Source: the human T2T-CHM13v2.0 reference genome, Homo sapiens
Strand: one strand, 5' to 3'
Length of the DNA: 64,000 nt
Assembly (NCBI RefSeq): GCF_009914755.1
Contig: NC_060944.1
The position numbers and the translations under genes are program-made. Each line of letters starts with the position of its first letter. Positions within the stretch are counted from its first letter, which is position 1. Below, piece after piece: positions 41,491 through 54,753 of the stretch. A model generated the notes under the pieces. It ran no database searches, was not told the origin of the DNA, and was given only the letters and a program-made list of their open reading frames with translations.

Positions 41491-41937
41491 TCGCCCATGA
41501 GTATCTGATAAGCTAATACCAGATACACATCTAGGTATGTGCCTGCCACATTGCAAACCTTCATTAAGAAATAGGTCAAACGAAACATATATATATATAT
41601 AGACACACACACACACACACACTTCCAAGCATTTAATAAGATATAATGAATAAAAAGATATTAAAAAAAAGAACAAAAGAATTTGCAAGATGGAGATGGC
41701 TTAGCGGGTAGGGCATAAAGAAATGAGGGGGTAGACATCAGAGCCACCTGGCTGGTACCTCCCATCAAAGGCTGACTTTTAGTATTTGCTCAAGGTGAAA
41801 ACACCGCACGCATGAATGAGCCATAAAAAGCCAGCAGAAATAACTTTTCCTTGCTTAGCAAGTGACACTTCCCACATTGGCCTTTTCTGTTCCTAATTCA
41901 GCTCCAATCCCTGGAATGAGTTTTTTCATTATTTTAG

Positions 41938-42295
<358 letters not shown>

Positions 42296-42851
42296 TCCTT
42301 CTGCATTTTGACTTTAACTCTGTGCCCCCAGTTTTGCCTGACTCCTGGAATCTTTTAATGAAAAAAAGTGAACGCAGAATAATAGATGTTAAAATTCACA
42401 TGCCAGTAGCTTCCCTGACCTAGTTTTATGTTGGTCTTCCATTCTATCATTTGTGCAGGCATCTCCTTTAGATGTATCATAGTTTTCTCGGGCATCCCAG
42501 CCCATTCCCAAAGGATTCGAAGGCAGGCTAGCATGCAAATTTGGACTTTTTGGGTAGTTGATGGTGGGGGTGGGTGTGGAGGAGAATAACTAAAACAACA
42601 AATACAAGGCTAATGGATCCGAAGGTCTGGGGAATATGACTGAACAGTTTTGTGTTTATTCCTTGTACATTGTGGTACAGAAGGTAGACATAGCCCTGGG
42701 AAATTCACAGAAGGAGGTAGAAATTTTATGGAGAAAGAAGAAGGAAAATGGACACTGCATACACAGGAACCAGCAGACTGTTCCTCTGAATTCCTTGTTG
42801 GCAGCTCATGCTATGATTTCAGTAAACACCCTCCTCCCACGGGGATGCATG

Positions 42852-43379
42852 TGTGAAAGCTGAAGATACCAGGATGAATCACTTTTGCCAGACCCAGACA
42901 AAATAGGGCCAGGAAGTCCAGAAGGAGAGGAGGCTCATGCTTACCTGTTCGAGATAAGACAAGGACTTTCAAAAGACCCTTTCTCATCCTTCGTGTATCA
43001 TCTGCTTTGATAAGATTTATTACTAGATATTTTTAATTTTTTTTTTACTCTCAAGTGACATTGACAGCATTAGACATCCTTTAGGATTGCAGTGATTTAG
43101 AAAAGATGTTCTCAGAAGAACACTTTCCCAGTAACAGCATTTCTACCAACGAAATGACAGCAACTCTGCTTTGAACTTCTGGAACCAGTGAACTCTGTTT
43201 GCAAGCAGCTTACGTAGGTCTCTTTTTGCTAATGAAAGCCCTCCTTACTCTTCCCTCACTGGATGTGCTGGTGCCTTGCCATTCCATGCACTCCAGATCA
43301 TAATCCTTATTTCTATTTCTGAGCAAACCCCACATAATTAGAGAAAATTTTCTCTAGTGCCATTTTTCTTAGGTTAACA
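42852..43379 (+). mobile_element. ERV1 solo LTR (MER65/MER34-group-like)
   Basis: Starts tgtgaaagctgaagatacc...tcacttttgccagacccagacaaaa and ends ttttcttaggttaaca. Confidence 0.65.
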
Positions 43380-43469
43380 AATGGATGGATGGATAGGTGG
43401 AGAGATCAATAGCTTCGCCATGTATATAAGGTGTCATACCTGACACTGGCTTTCTCGTATCATTACATT

Positions 43470-43891
43470 AGTTGAGCCCTTATCTGTGGTTTCACTTTCC
43501 ATGGTTTTGGTTAGCTGTGGTCAACTGTGGTCTGAAAACACTGTATTAAAAAATTCAGAAATCATTCTTAAGTTTTAAATCATGCACTGTTTTGAGTAGT
43601 GTGATAAAATTAGGCATAATCATCCCTTTGTCTATAATATTCACACTGTAGATTCTATCTACTTGTTAGTCACTTAGTAGATGTCTTGGTTAGCAGATCG
43701 ACTGTTGCAGTATCATAGTGCTCATGTTAAAATAACCCTTATTTTACATAATAATGGCTCAAAAGTGCAAGAGCACTGTGCCTAAATTACACATTAAATA
43801 ACATTGTACATAAGGTTCAATACTATCCAGTTTCAGGTATCCACTGAGGGACTTCGAATACATCTCCCAAGAATAATAGGGGACTACTGTA
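43470..43891. mobile_element. MER44 (TcMar-Tigger MITE)
   Basis: cccttatctgtggtttcactttccatggtt...tttcaggtatccactgaggg...ggggactactg followed by TA. Confidence 0.85.
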
Positions 43892-45127
43892 AATTCCTTT
43901 GAGGTTCATCCAAATGTTGCCTCTATTAACTCTCTACTCACTGTATTGCTGAATAGTTTTCCGTAGTATGGTTTACCGACTTTTTAAAATCATGCATTTG
44001 TTAATTAAGGCAGCATTTAAGCAAAGTTCTGTACAGTTGCTACTCTGCTTGTTATGAGCTAAAACTATGAAAGTGATAATTACTTTCATAAAAACTTTCC
44101 GAAAGCTAGAAATTGTGAAAGTGATCAGTCAGAATTGTGAGTGATGGTTTATTAATAGTTGACACTTTTTTCCTGACAGGTAACTGGAGACTGGCACAGA
44201 GGAGGCACCCAGTGGCACCTGTTAAATAAATGAGTTGTCTGTGAGTTTCAGAGCTTTGCATTACATGTCTGCCAGGCTTAGGGCCTCTTCCAGCATTTGA
44301 GGATGAGTCAATAAGGGCAGCTGGGTGTGCAGTCACAGTGACTGACAGGAGTAGTCTCTGCTTAATTTCCACATGCTAGGGGCACGAAAAGGCCTAATCG
44401 GTCTATCAGATAAAGCAGGAAACCCAGGCCAGAACCAAATACCCAAGAAGCAGGAAGGGGGAAGGGTTGATTGTGTGAAATTGGGGGACACAGGTCACGA
44501 TTTGATTTGGAAAGTGGATTGGCAAGTGTTAACAGGGTTGCCATGGATGGCTGTGCTTGTTATGCACCGCACAACTCCAAAGGATGCCGTTATGGAGCCC
44601 CCTAGTGTGCAGTACATGCACTGTACAGTGACATAAACTGCTTTGAGTAAGAAAGAGGCCTGGAGTCAAATGACCATCAAAATGGACTTGATATGACTGC
44701 AAAGTTCTTATCATTCAAAAGGAAGACAAGGCCCAGAAAGCAGGTAGGGGAAGTTGTTCAACACCAAGTAGGGCAAATTTAGGCAAGATCAGCCTTCTAT
44801 GGCTCCAGCCATATTGGCCAAGAATAATCAGTGCCATTGGGTGCCTCCTCTGTGCCAGTCTCCAGTTACCTGTCAGGAAAAAAGTGTCAACTATTAATAA
44901 ACAATCACTCACACAATTCTGACTGATCGCTTTCACAATCCAGTTTCAGGTATCCACTGAGGGACTTTGAATACATCTCCCAAGAAGAAGAGGAGACTAC
45001 TGTAATTTCTTTGAGGTTCACCAAATGTTGCCTGTATTAACTCTCTACTCATTGTATTGCTGAATAGTTTTCCATAGTATGGCTTACTGACTTTTTTAAA
45101 TCATGCATTTGTTAATTAAGGCAGCAT
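43825..45127 (+). repeat. Dispersed direct repeat: 43825-44016 copied at 44938-45127
   Basis: ~190 bp with about 13 differences by eye (~93%). Includes the MER44 right TIR and its non-MER44 flank. Confidence 0.95.
44112..44939. repeat. Inverted repeat: arms 44112-44218 and 44831-44939, 612-bp spacer
   Basis: Reverse-complement alignment with 3 substitutions and one 2-nt indel. Confidence 0.96.
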
Positions 45128-46209
45128 ATCCTATAAGACTATGATATCCCATTGCGTGTCTTTCTCTTGGGTGCCTCAGCTCAGAGACTTGGAGTTTAGG
45201 GGTCTCCTGAACCAGATCCAGGTTAAGAAGTGAGACTTAATTCTAAGTCAAATCTGGGAGCCTGGGCCAAGTGGGAAAGACTAAGGCTCATACATTTAAA
45301 TCCTGCTTGGGCCAACAAATGGGGCTGGCTTACAGGGAGCTGAGAAAGGCAGAAAACGGTTATACAGGGGAAGTTGAAAGAAAAGCAGCTCTGCTGGTCC
45401 AGTCTCTCGGGGGTCATGTAAAGGACCTGGAGAATATGGCATTATCACATTACTAAATATCTTTGTATTATTAAAACATCATTTATCACAAAAAAAATTT
45501 CAAAGGTAAAGCAGGGTTAGGGACTAAAGTCCCAAGACAACAAAGATGCTATCTCCTGCAGGAATTTCAATGATCAGGTGCTTTATAGCTGTAAGTGTGT
45601 TTTGTTTATTGTAAAACAAAATTCTGAAACTAATTTATCAATGCTAAAACAAATAAACAAACTCAAAAGCTTCCTTCTTTGTCCTTAAATTCGTGTGCTC
45701 AGTAGCTCTTTGGAGTGTTCTGTCATCTTTGTTGGTGGTGGTGAGATGTGCTGCAAGTGAACTTGGAAGGTTAAAAACAAAAATGACAATAAAATCTCAA
45801 AGGCAAACAAAAGAACGCAGGTCTCCTTTTTTCCTACTTTCAGCTTTAGTTCCTGGTTCTAATCAAGTTAGAGCCAATCCCAGTCAAGTCTTAGCAAATC
45901 CTCTTATCTAATTCATGAATCTCATTATACCTAATTCATGTTGTAACAACTCCTGCACTGGGAAAAAAAATGTCTGAATTAACAAAAATAGAAGGACCAT
46001 CTGTGACTGTGTGAGCCCACCATCAGCGCCACAGTCCCGTGTGACTGGTTTTTGTAGGACGTGTCTTTATCTGTGTGTGCAGAAATCATAAGCCATATTA
46101 TACCAACAAAAGAAAGCAAACCACTGATGTGACTGTCGTTAGGTGAAAATGTTGCTCAATGCAAGGCTACCCTTGGACTCCTACTGGGGCACACATCTCA
46201 GACTAAGGG

Positions 46210-47000
46210 TATTTTGGCGGTAGCCATGCCAGGCCAGCAGAGGGCAGCTCCTCAACTTCCCCTTCCAGTCACCGAGTCCTCAGCAGTCTTGCTCTACACA
46301 TCCCCTTTGTGGTCCCCTTCTTCCATTCCCACCGCCATCCCAGTTCAGGCCTTTATCAGTGATCACCTGGACTTCAGCAAGGGCCTCCTCCCCAGCCCAT
46401 CCTGCCCATGGCCACACAGGCTGCGTTCAAAGTGAGCTTCCTAATAGGCATTCTGGACTATGCTGCTTGTCAGATTCGTCTTTCAGTGGCTTTAGCTGCC
46501 TTCGATATGTGCTTTAAACTTGTTATCTGAGCAAATAAAAGTACTTCAACCTCATGACTTTCCTCATCCCCACTAGCACCCAAAAACTCCTATGACCCTG
46601 AAATAAGAGCCATCCTAAATGCCTCTCTCTCTCTCCTCTCTCCCCAACTTCTTTCTTGTGATAACCTTTTCACCTAACATGACATTACCAAAAATGTTAT
46701 TTCAGTATGACTAATGAATGACTAAATTCATTCATGAATTCCTCAGGAAAAAACCTTTCCCTGGCCTCCTTGAAGTCTGCCCTCTGTGCCTTTTCTATGC
46801 ATTTTCATGATGACTGTTATTATATAAATATCCTTCTGTCACATCAATTCTCAGACTCTTTAATCATCTCTTTTCCAATCTAGGCTGACAGATTCTTCAG
46901 CATAGGGAGAGATGGTGTCCAAAGCTCTTTCTACAAACTTTACCACTCAATCTGGAACATAAGTATGCTGAAATGTGTCTGTTAAAATGAATGAATGGAT
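46210..47000 (+). mobile_element. L2 3' fragment
   Basis: gttcaggcctttatcagtgatcacctggacttcagcaagggcctcc; ends ...tgaatgaatgga. Confidence 0.65.
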
Positions 47001-47489
47001 TCTCTGAAAGTACTTTATTATTTCAGTAGAAGTTTAGAAAGATGTTTTCTGCTCTGTTAGAATGAGATTATAGTACAGGAAGGGGGGTAAAGACAGATGG
47101 AAACTTCAATATTAAGACATTTCTGTGCATACAATTTTTGAGATGCATTATTCCAATTAATGATTAAAAAAAGAAATAGAATAAGAGCCAAATTCTTCTT
47201 CTGCTTTTAGCCAAATATCCAAAGTTCTCTATGTTAGATGACCTCAAGTTTACTGTGATCTGTTCTCAGCATTTGCAGAAGCTGGGAGTTTTGCTTCATT
47301 TTGTTACAGATGAGGTGGCAGGAACAGCTGAGTCGGAGTCTGCTTTTCACGGATTGCTGTCACAAAACATCCAAAATGTCCTTATCTCAATGCCTGGGAG
47401 TGTAGGGCCTGATCCCCAGCCTAAACTCCTTTCTAAGTGGGTAGAAGCCAGCATAACGAAGGAGAGCCAGATTTCCTGAAAACCTTTTA

Positions 47490-47988
47490 TGCAGTAAAAG
47501 GTAATAAAGCCCCCCAATACTTGGGGCTGAAACTCACAATTATTTATTATTTCTCACAGTCTCCAGGGCTGACAGCCTGGGCAGTTCTTCTGTTGGTATC
47601 CCCTGGCTCCTACATGTGCTGTAGCCACTGGTGTTGACCAGGCTGGAGGGCCCAAGTTGGCCCCATGGCCATGCTGGCAGGTGGTATGGCTGTTGGTCGG
47701 GGTACCTCCGTGTGCCCAAGTAGCCTCTCATCTTCCAGGACGCTGATCCAGGACTCTCCACAACACTGTGGTCTCAGTGTTGCAAGGGAGTGAAGGTGGG
47801 GGCTGTAACCTATACTGGGACTCAGGAGCCTGCCCAGTTCATTGTCCCCCACTGTCCATTCATCAAAGGCAGCCACGGGAATGCCCAGGTTCAGGGGTTG
47901 GGAAAGAGACTTCTTCTCTCAACAGGAGGCATGGCATTGTAAAGGCCCTGGAGCTCATGGGGGGTCCTGAACCAGACGATCTGCCACA
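47490..47988 (-). mobile_element. Old MLT1 (H-K group) LTR
   Basis: caattatttattatttctcacagtctc...cccaggttcaggggttgggaaagagacttcttctctc...tctgccaca. Confidence 0.7.
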
Positions 47989-48782
47989 GCACAGACCGCA
48001 TCAGTACAAGTAACTTGTATTGATCTAGACTAGTGCTAGCTTGAGACTGAGACAAAATTAGAGAGATTCACAGTAACATCAACAGTTGCCATAAAGGCAA
48101 CAGGCTTGGAACAAAGCAGTGGATAAAGAGAAAAGCCCTTGCCTTTGCTCTGTAGCAGGGACTGTCCTGAGACATGTATGTGTAGATGTGCTCATGGGCA
48201 CTGGTGAGGGGAGACTCGATTTCAACCTGAGCCTGATCCTGAAACATGGTCAGCCCACAGTGCCCCAGGGAAAAGACTGACCGGAGACAGAACTGTGATG
48301 GAAAGTTCAGTGCTGGAATCAGTGAGGCCAGGGCAGGGCTGTGAGGCAGTGGGATGAAGAGGGGCAAAGATACCACCTGCAGCTGCCATGAAAGGGAGCA
48401 TTTCTCTACATCCATGAATGGAGTCGTTGAAGGAGCCCAGGCTGCCCGTATCCTCTATGGCCACCACTTGTGGGTTCCAGCTCCTCTGAGCTCTCAGTCT
48501 GTAAAACGCCATATGCAGAGAACAAGTGCATCTGTGTGTGTAAGGCATCACAGACAAAAAAGTGAAATCTTCTAGATTTTTAGAAGCACTGGGAAACCAG
48601 TGGTCCTTAGTCCAAAATCATCTGGTTCTGATGCTTTTGGAGTAAGAAGTCTCCCTGGGTATAGAGTGTGCTGCTGGGGTGTGGCATGAGGACCACTGCC
48701 TTTGAATGACTGGTGATCTCACGATGCTTTAACGGGGTGGGGAGGTGCAGCTTGCAGAAAGTGGCCCTCTCAGGATGGACTG

Positions 48783-48858
48783 GAATAATGGGGAAAAGAC
48801 TATGATATCCCATAAAATTGAATCATGGGGAAAAGACTATGATATCCCATAAAAGACT
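48783..48858. repeat. 37-bp-period tandem duplication
   Basis: gaataatggggaaaagactatgatatcccataaaa / gaatcatggggaaaagactatgatatcccataaaa, followed by a partial aaaagact. Confidence 0.92.
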
Positions 48859-50059
48859 GTGGGGTTCCAGAACTGGCTCCTTATTTTCTGTGGTGACACA
48901 TGGATGTGGTGTCTGGACACCTCACTGCTGGTAGAAATATATGAACCTAAGCATGGAGAGTCAGCATTGCACAGAAACAAACAGGCAGCAGGCTCATCCT
49001 GGGAAACCTGGGCCTGCACAGAGGCCGTGCTCCCAACACCAGGAATCCTGCGCTGATGAGTGGGCTATGCAGGGGTAGTTGAGCTGAGTGATGGAGTGCA
49101 GGGGCTGATAGGCCCCCTAGACTGATGCACAGGGACAAAACCCTCCATGCAGGGAGCTCTTGTAGGAGCCCTGGGTGTCAACATGGAGTTTAGAGAAGCA
49201 TTGGTGATGCATAGGTGAGGGGTCCTCTTGCTGCAACCCCAAAACTAGTGAAAGGAGGCAGTCCCTGGTGGACAGCCACACATTCCCCAAGCCAAGGGAC
49301 AGAGCAGAGGTCCCATGGGACCACATATTTTTGACTCCTGAGCCAGGCAGTGCATTCTCACCCATTATGGTCAGGAGGAGGTAAAAACCTTTGGATGGTG
49401 AAAAGCTAAAAAGAGCTTTTACTGACAGCTGTCTCACTACAAAGAAACAGGAGATTCCTGAGTCAAGAACTATGAAGCAGACTCCTGGTGGCAGAGACCT
49501 GAACACAGCGGTAACCATAAGACTAAGTTTTGCAGAGTAGAGCTTTCATTACTAGGAGTTCTACTAATGCAGTTTCATATGCGCCAGCCATCTCCCTGGA
49601 CTTGTAGAAAAGCCTTCCAGGTAATATTCACTGTTTGAAATTTCAGAAAGTGCAGTTTTTGTGACAATCCCAAAGTGACTAAATAATTGCCATGGAATGA
49701 AGAACACCAGCAGCCATGAACATCATCATACAATGAGAGCCTGTTCTAATCCTTAGCTGATATCCACAGGGTAAACCTTGATTTGGTGATTTCATCATTG
49801 AATTTGGGGAATTAGCCCACAGGGTTGGGGATTTAAGCCACAAAGTTTAGGAGACTTAAACACATAGGAGGCATATATAAAATTCTCCTATATGAAACTT
49901 AACTCATATAGAAGATCTAAAAATATACTTTATATCATAGTCTGTATGATAAAAATACATACGCAGATACCACTGATCTATCTGATTCATTTGCTAGGGA
50001 GATCTTAATTCTTTGAGTTTTAGTAATGCTCTGTTAAAAATTTGATTCAAACTGACACC

Positions 50060-50815
50060 ATTAAAAAAGATACATGAGTCACCAATAAACACATGAAAAA
50101 ATGTTCATTAGTCATTAGGAAAATATAGATTACAATCACAATGAGCTACCACTACACACACACACATAGACACAGACACACAGACACACACACACGAGAA
50201 TTGCTGAAATTAACAACAACAAATGATTGACAATACTAATTTTTGGCTAAAATTTGCAAGAATTGGAATTCAGGCACTTTGAGAAAGTGTTTGGAGGTGT
50301 CTTATGAAATTAAACATAAGCTTACTATAAAAGTCACCGGCTCCACTCCCAGGTATTTACCCAAGAGAAATGAAAGTATGTGCACACACAGAATTGTACA
50401 AAAATGCTCCCAGCAAACAATGCCCACAGCCAAACACCTGGAATAAACTAAGTATCCACTTGCAAGTAAAAACGAATGTCTACTGACACAAGCAGCTATA
50501 TGGATGAATGTCCAAAACATGTTGAGTAAAATAATTCAAACACAAATGTATATAGACTGTATGATTCTGTTTATGTGAAATTCTAAGAAAGGCAAATTTA
50601 AACTATTGTAACAGAAAGCAGCTTAGTGGTTGTCTGGGCTGGGGGCATGAGTATTGATTGCAAAAAAAGCACAAGGGAATTTTGGATGTGACAGAATACT
50701 AGATGCCTTGATTATGAGGATGACTGCACAGTACATAGATGTGTCAAAACCCATCAAAGTCAACCTAAAATGGATGCATTCTGTTGTAGGTACATTTTAC
50801 CTCAATCAAGTTAGT
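50060..50815 (+). mobile_element. L1ME-like 3' end with a CA-rich tract
   Basis: caataaacacatgaaaaaatgttca...ccactcccaggtatttacccaagagaaatgaaa...ctgtatgattctgtttatgtgaaattcta. Confidence 0.85.
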
Positions 50816-51420
50816 TTGTAAAGCTCCCTAAAATGTGTTTGATTATATTATTATTAAAGAAAACTGTGACGACATGACTTCGTATCCCTGCACTGTGGTG
50901 TCTGATCAATTAGTGAGGGCGACGCATGTGCCCTGTGGCTTCTGTCTCCACTTTTCCTAATCAGGCATTGAGCTTCCCTCTGTTTGTACTTCGTCTCGGC
51001 TTCCTGTTCCTCTTAGCCAGAGAGCCACTTTGCTAATGGGATAGGTCTTCTCTGTTAGATGCCGGCAGTGATCAAATAATTCCCCAGCGATTAAATCAAA
51101 CCCAGTCTCCTTCTGCATTGAAATATTGATTATTGCCAGGTTCATTTCTGCTTAGTGCCCAGAAGATCCTGTTCCTGACAAGGAAATGCCATTAGCATTT
51201 TTTTTTCTCCTTTTCAACATAGAGACTTTTTCTCCCTACAGTTGATAGAAATAATGTATTTTTTTATATTAGCCACACATATAGTTGTTCTGTATTGATA
51301 TATTTTGCCAAATACCAGAAACAATTTTAACAGGACAGAACATGATATTTGGGTCTCTTCATGACAGGCAATGATTTCAGAAAACACTTATTAAATGATT
51401 AGAAATACTTTCTCCAATCA

Positions 51421-51765
<345 letters not shown>

Positions 51766-53974
51766 CACTCATCTTTAATGCATCATCTGATGAAGTATGA
51801 GAAATGTTTTGAAGCAGAAATGAACACTTTTTTGGGCCATAATAAAATGTCATTTCAAAATATAGATTTCCCCAGGAAGAAAAATGACCTCTCAAAGAAG
51901 ATTTTATATTCTTCACCATAACTGGAGATCAATGGTGCCTTCTGTGATGATGTCATTTGGGACCAGAAATAGCATCTTTTATTAAATCTTGTCTGAGATT
52001 GACCCATCCTAAACTGAACACAGCAAGGAAAGCCAAATCTCTGGAATAAAGATTGTCTCTCCCTCTAACACGGTTTCTTGCAAGATGGTCCACAATTTTT
52101 TCAAGGTACAAAAGTCAGATTGATATCACAGTGGGGTATTTTTCAAAGCAGATGGTGTCCTTTTATTTTTCCCTTTTGATTCTGATGGCAAGCAGCATTG
52201 TGATGCCAATTTCCAGGTGCAAAAATTGAATTGACCCAGCAGATATTCCTTGTGAAAGCAACAATCAATACAAGGAGAAGGATGTCCCTGCTGCCATGGG
52301 CTTGTGTCCATCTCTTAAGGTGGCATCAGGGAAAGAGTCTGGGGCTGAAGGAGGGGAGAAGAGAGCGTCTACATAGTCTATTGAAAGGAATCCTAAGCCT
52401 CTGGTCCTGGCCTTCTCTCCTCCCACAGGGAAAAATTGGTGTGGTCCAAAGAATCAAAACATCCCAGAGTCCTGCTCCCTGGTTTTGATTTTACAAATTG
52501 GAAACATCTCAAACATTTTCTCCTCTGACATAAGAATAGTAACTTGAGCTTCTTATACTTTTCTCCCTATGGGTGAGGAGTTCCTTGCAGGCAGGGATAG
52601 GGAGTCTGTGCATTACATATGCCCGGGGCCCAAAGGTTTAGCTGCTTGGAGTAGGAGCTAGGGAAGTGAGGAGAAGCATTTGTGTTCAGTCATCCTGGAG
52701 CTCTGCTTCGTCCAAGGTGACACACCCCAAGCCAGATCATGACTGGCCCCTGACTTGGAAGACTGAGTCGTTGTCATAGCCAGGGCACCTGGAAATCTGC
52801 GATAGGCTAAGTGATTGCATAAAGGACACATCTTTTGCAACCTGATCGCCTGTCACCCTAGGCACCAGAAAGGATCAGAATCCAGCCTAGTGCAGGAGAA
52901 AGCAAAGCCAGGAGCCAATGAGATGGCCTGTTACAAAGGTTCTGTCCAATCCTGGCGTCTGGGTGGCAGCACAGTGAGCCAACCAGAACCTTGCTTTCAG
53001 GAAGGTGGGTGCGGGCAGCACGTAGTAGAAGTGAGGGAGGAGGAAGAGCACAGAGCGCATGGAATGCAATGGGGCCGTGAGGGGCGGCAAGGGGCCCAGC
53101 GATGTCCGCCTACTTCCCAGGGGACTTCCGGGGTTATGGGTTGGGAGATGATGAAGACTTCTCTCCAGAACCGCCAAGACTGTTGCCCCACTTCCCTGGG
53201 AACTCTCAAAATGAGCCTCCTGTCCACACCTGGAGCTCACCGCGTGTTTCTGTGTTGTGTAAAATTCAATCTTTGATCATAATGGGATTCACTTATAAAT
53301 AAAAAATGCCACATGGCTGGCAGCCCCAACACTGCTAGAAATAATTACATATTTTCAAACATATGTGTAAGTTATGAAGTAATACTCTTTGAAAATGACT
53401 ATTTCGTGAAAATGAAAACTTGAAACCTCTACAAACCGCTGCAACTCAGTGAAAACCAACAAAACGGCGAACGGTCAGACCGAAAGGGAAAGAAACCGAA
53501 GCAGTACTTAAAGGGAAGCGCGTGTTTGACATGTCTCTACTAGGGAAAAAGAAACACTGAAAACCAAAAAGCTACGCATAGGAGCCATAACCTAAGCTCA
53601 AAGAAAACAGGGCAAGAAGTAATAAAAATAAAAGTAGCAATTAATGAAAGAGAAATCAACATCATCAAAAGCTGGTTATTGACCGGTGAAGTTGAACCAC
53701 CACAGTACAAAATTGATTGAAGAAAAAGTGAAAGAAACAATATTAGGAATAAAAACTAGTATATAATACAGATATAGCAAAGACTTAAAATATGAATTTT
53801 AAAACAGGTAAAATTGACAAATTATTAGAAAACTCTAAAGGACTGAATCAAGAAGAAAAAGAACACTGAACAAAATCCTATTACTTTTGTTTTTAAATAA
53901 ACTGCGTGAGTATTTAAGCCTTTCCCACAAAGGTTTTGCTTAGTTTCCCAGGCAAGTTTTTTAAGACTCATAAG

Positions 53975-54185
53975 GGCTCTTCCATGTGTACATTTGCCAT
54001 GTGCCAGGTATTATTCTCATTGGCCTATGTGCATTAACTGATTTAATTGTCACTGGGACTCCACTTGCAGGTAGTGTTATTCTAATCCACAGATGAGTTA
54101 GCTGAGGCATGGGGGAGCTAAGCATCTTGCTCGTGGTCACACAAATGGCAGAGACAGGATCTGAACTCAAGCAGTCTGTGCACAG
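53975..54185 (-). mobile_element. MIR
   Basis: cacagatgagttagctgaggca...gtcacacaaatggcagagacaggatctgaactcaagcagtctg. Confidence 0.8.
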
Positions 54186-54404
54186 ATTCCCCAACCCCAA
54201 AATGCCCTGGACACACAGATGATTTCCTAGGAAAAGACAATTTCCGACTTACAGAAACCTTTCCAGACCAGCTCTCCTTGTATTGAGGCTGACCTCTAAC
54301 CCTGATGCCAAAAGCAGATAAAGAAAGGGAAGGAAAATTAGACCAATCTCTATCAGGAACAGAGATATAAATACATTTTCTACAAAATGTCTTTAAACAA
54401 AATA

Positions 54405-54753
54405 CAGGCATGCACTGCAAAATGATGTTTCAGTCAATGAGCAAACCATGTGTATGATGGTGGTCCCATAAGAATATAATACAATATTTTTAGTGTACCT
54501 TTTCTATGTCTAGATATGTTTAGATACACAAGCACTTATCATTGTATTACAATTGCCTACAGTATTCAGTACAGGGACACGCTGTACAGGTTTCTAGCCT
54601 TGGAGCAATAGGCCATACTATATAGCCTAGGTGTGCAGTAGGCTATGCCGCCAACATTTGTGCAAATGGACTCTATGGTGTTCACACAATGACAAAGTCG
54701 CCTAATGACACACTTCTCAGAATGTGTCTCTGTCATTAAGTGACATATGACTG
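54405..54753. mobile_element. Tigger3a/MER7A MITE
   Basis: caggcatgcac...catatgactg with TA on both sides (54403-04, 54754-55). Confidence 0.9.

Noticed and set aside
44112-44939. Inverted arms as TIRs of a novel DNA transposon
   Set aside because: No TSD, the right arm runs straight into a second copied segment, and there is no transposase remnant. Template switching explains it better.
48783-48858. Direct repeats with a short spacer, superficially CRISPR-like (also 59149-59217, 16301-16343)
   Set aside because: Only two units, no unique 25-45 nt spacers, no cas genes, and primate context. These are tandem duplications.
49887-49910. 8-bp-stem hairpin ctatatga...tcatatag
   Set aside because: Short AT-rich stems of this size are expected by chance.
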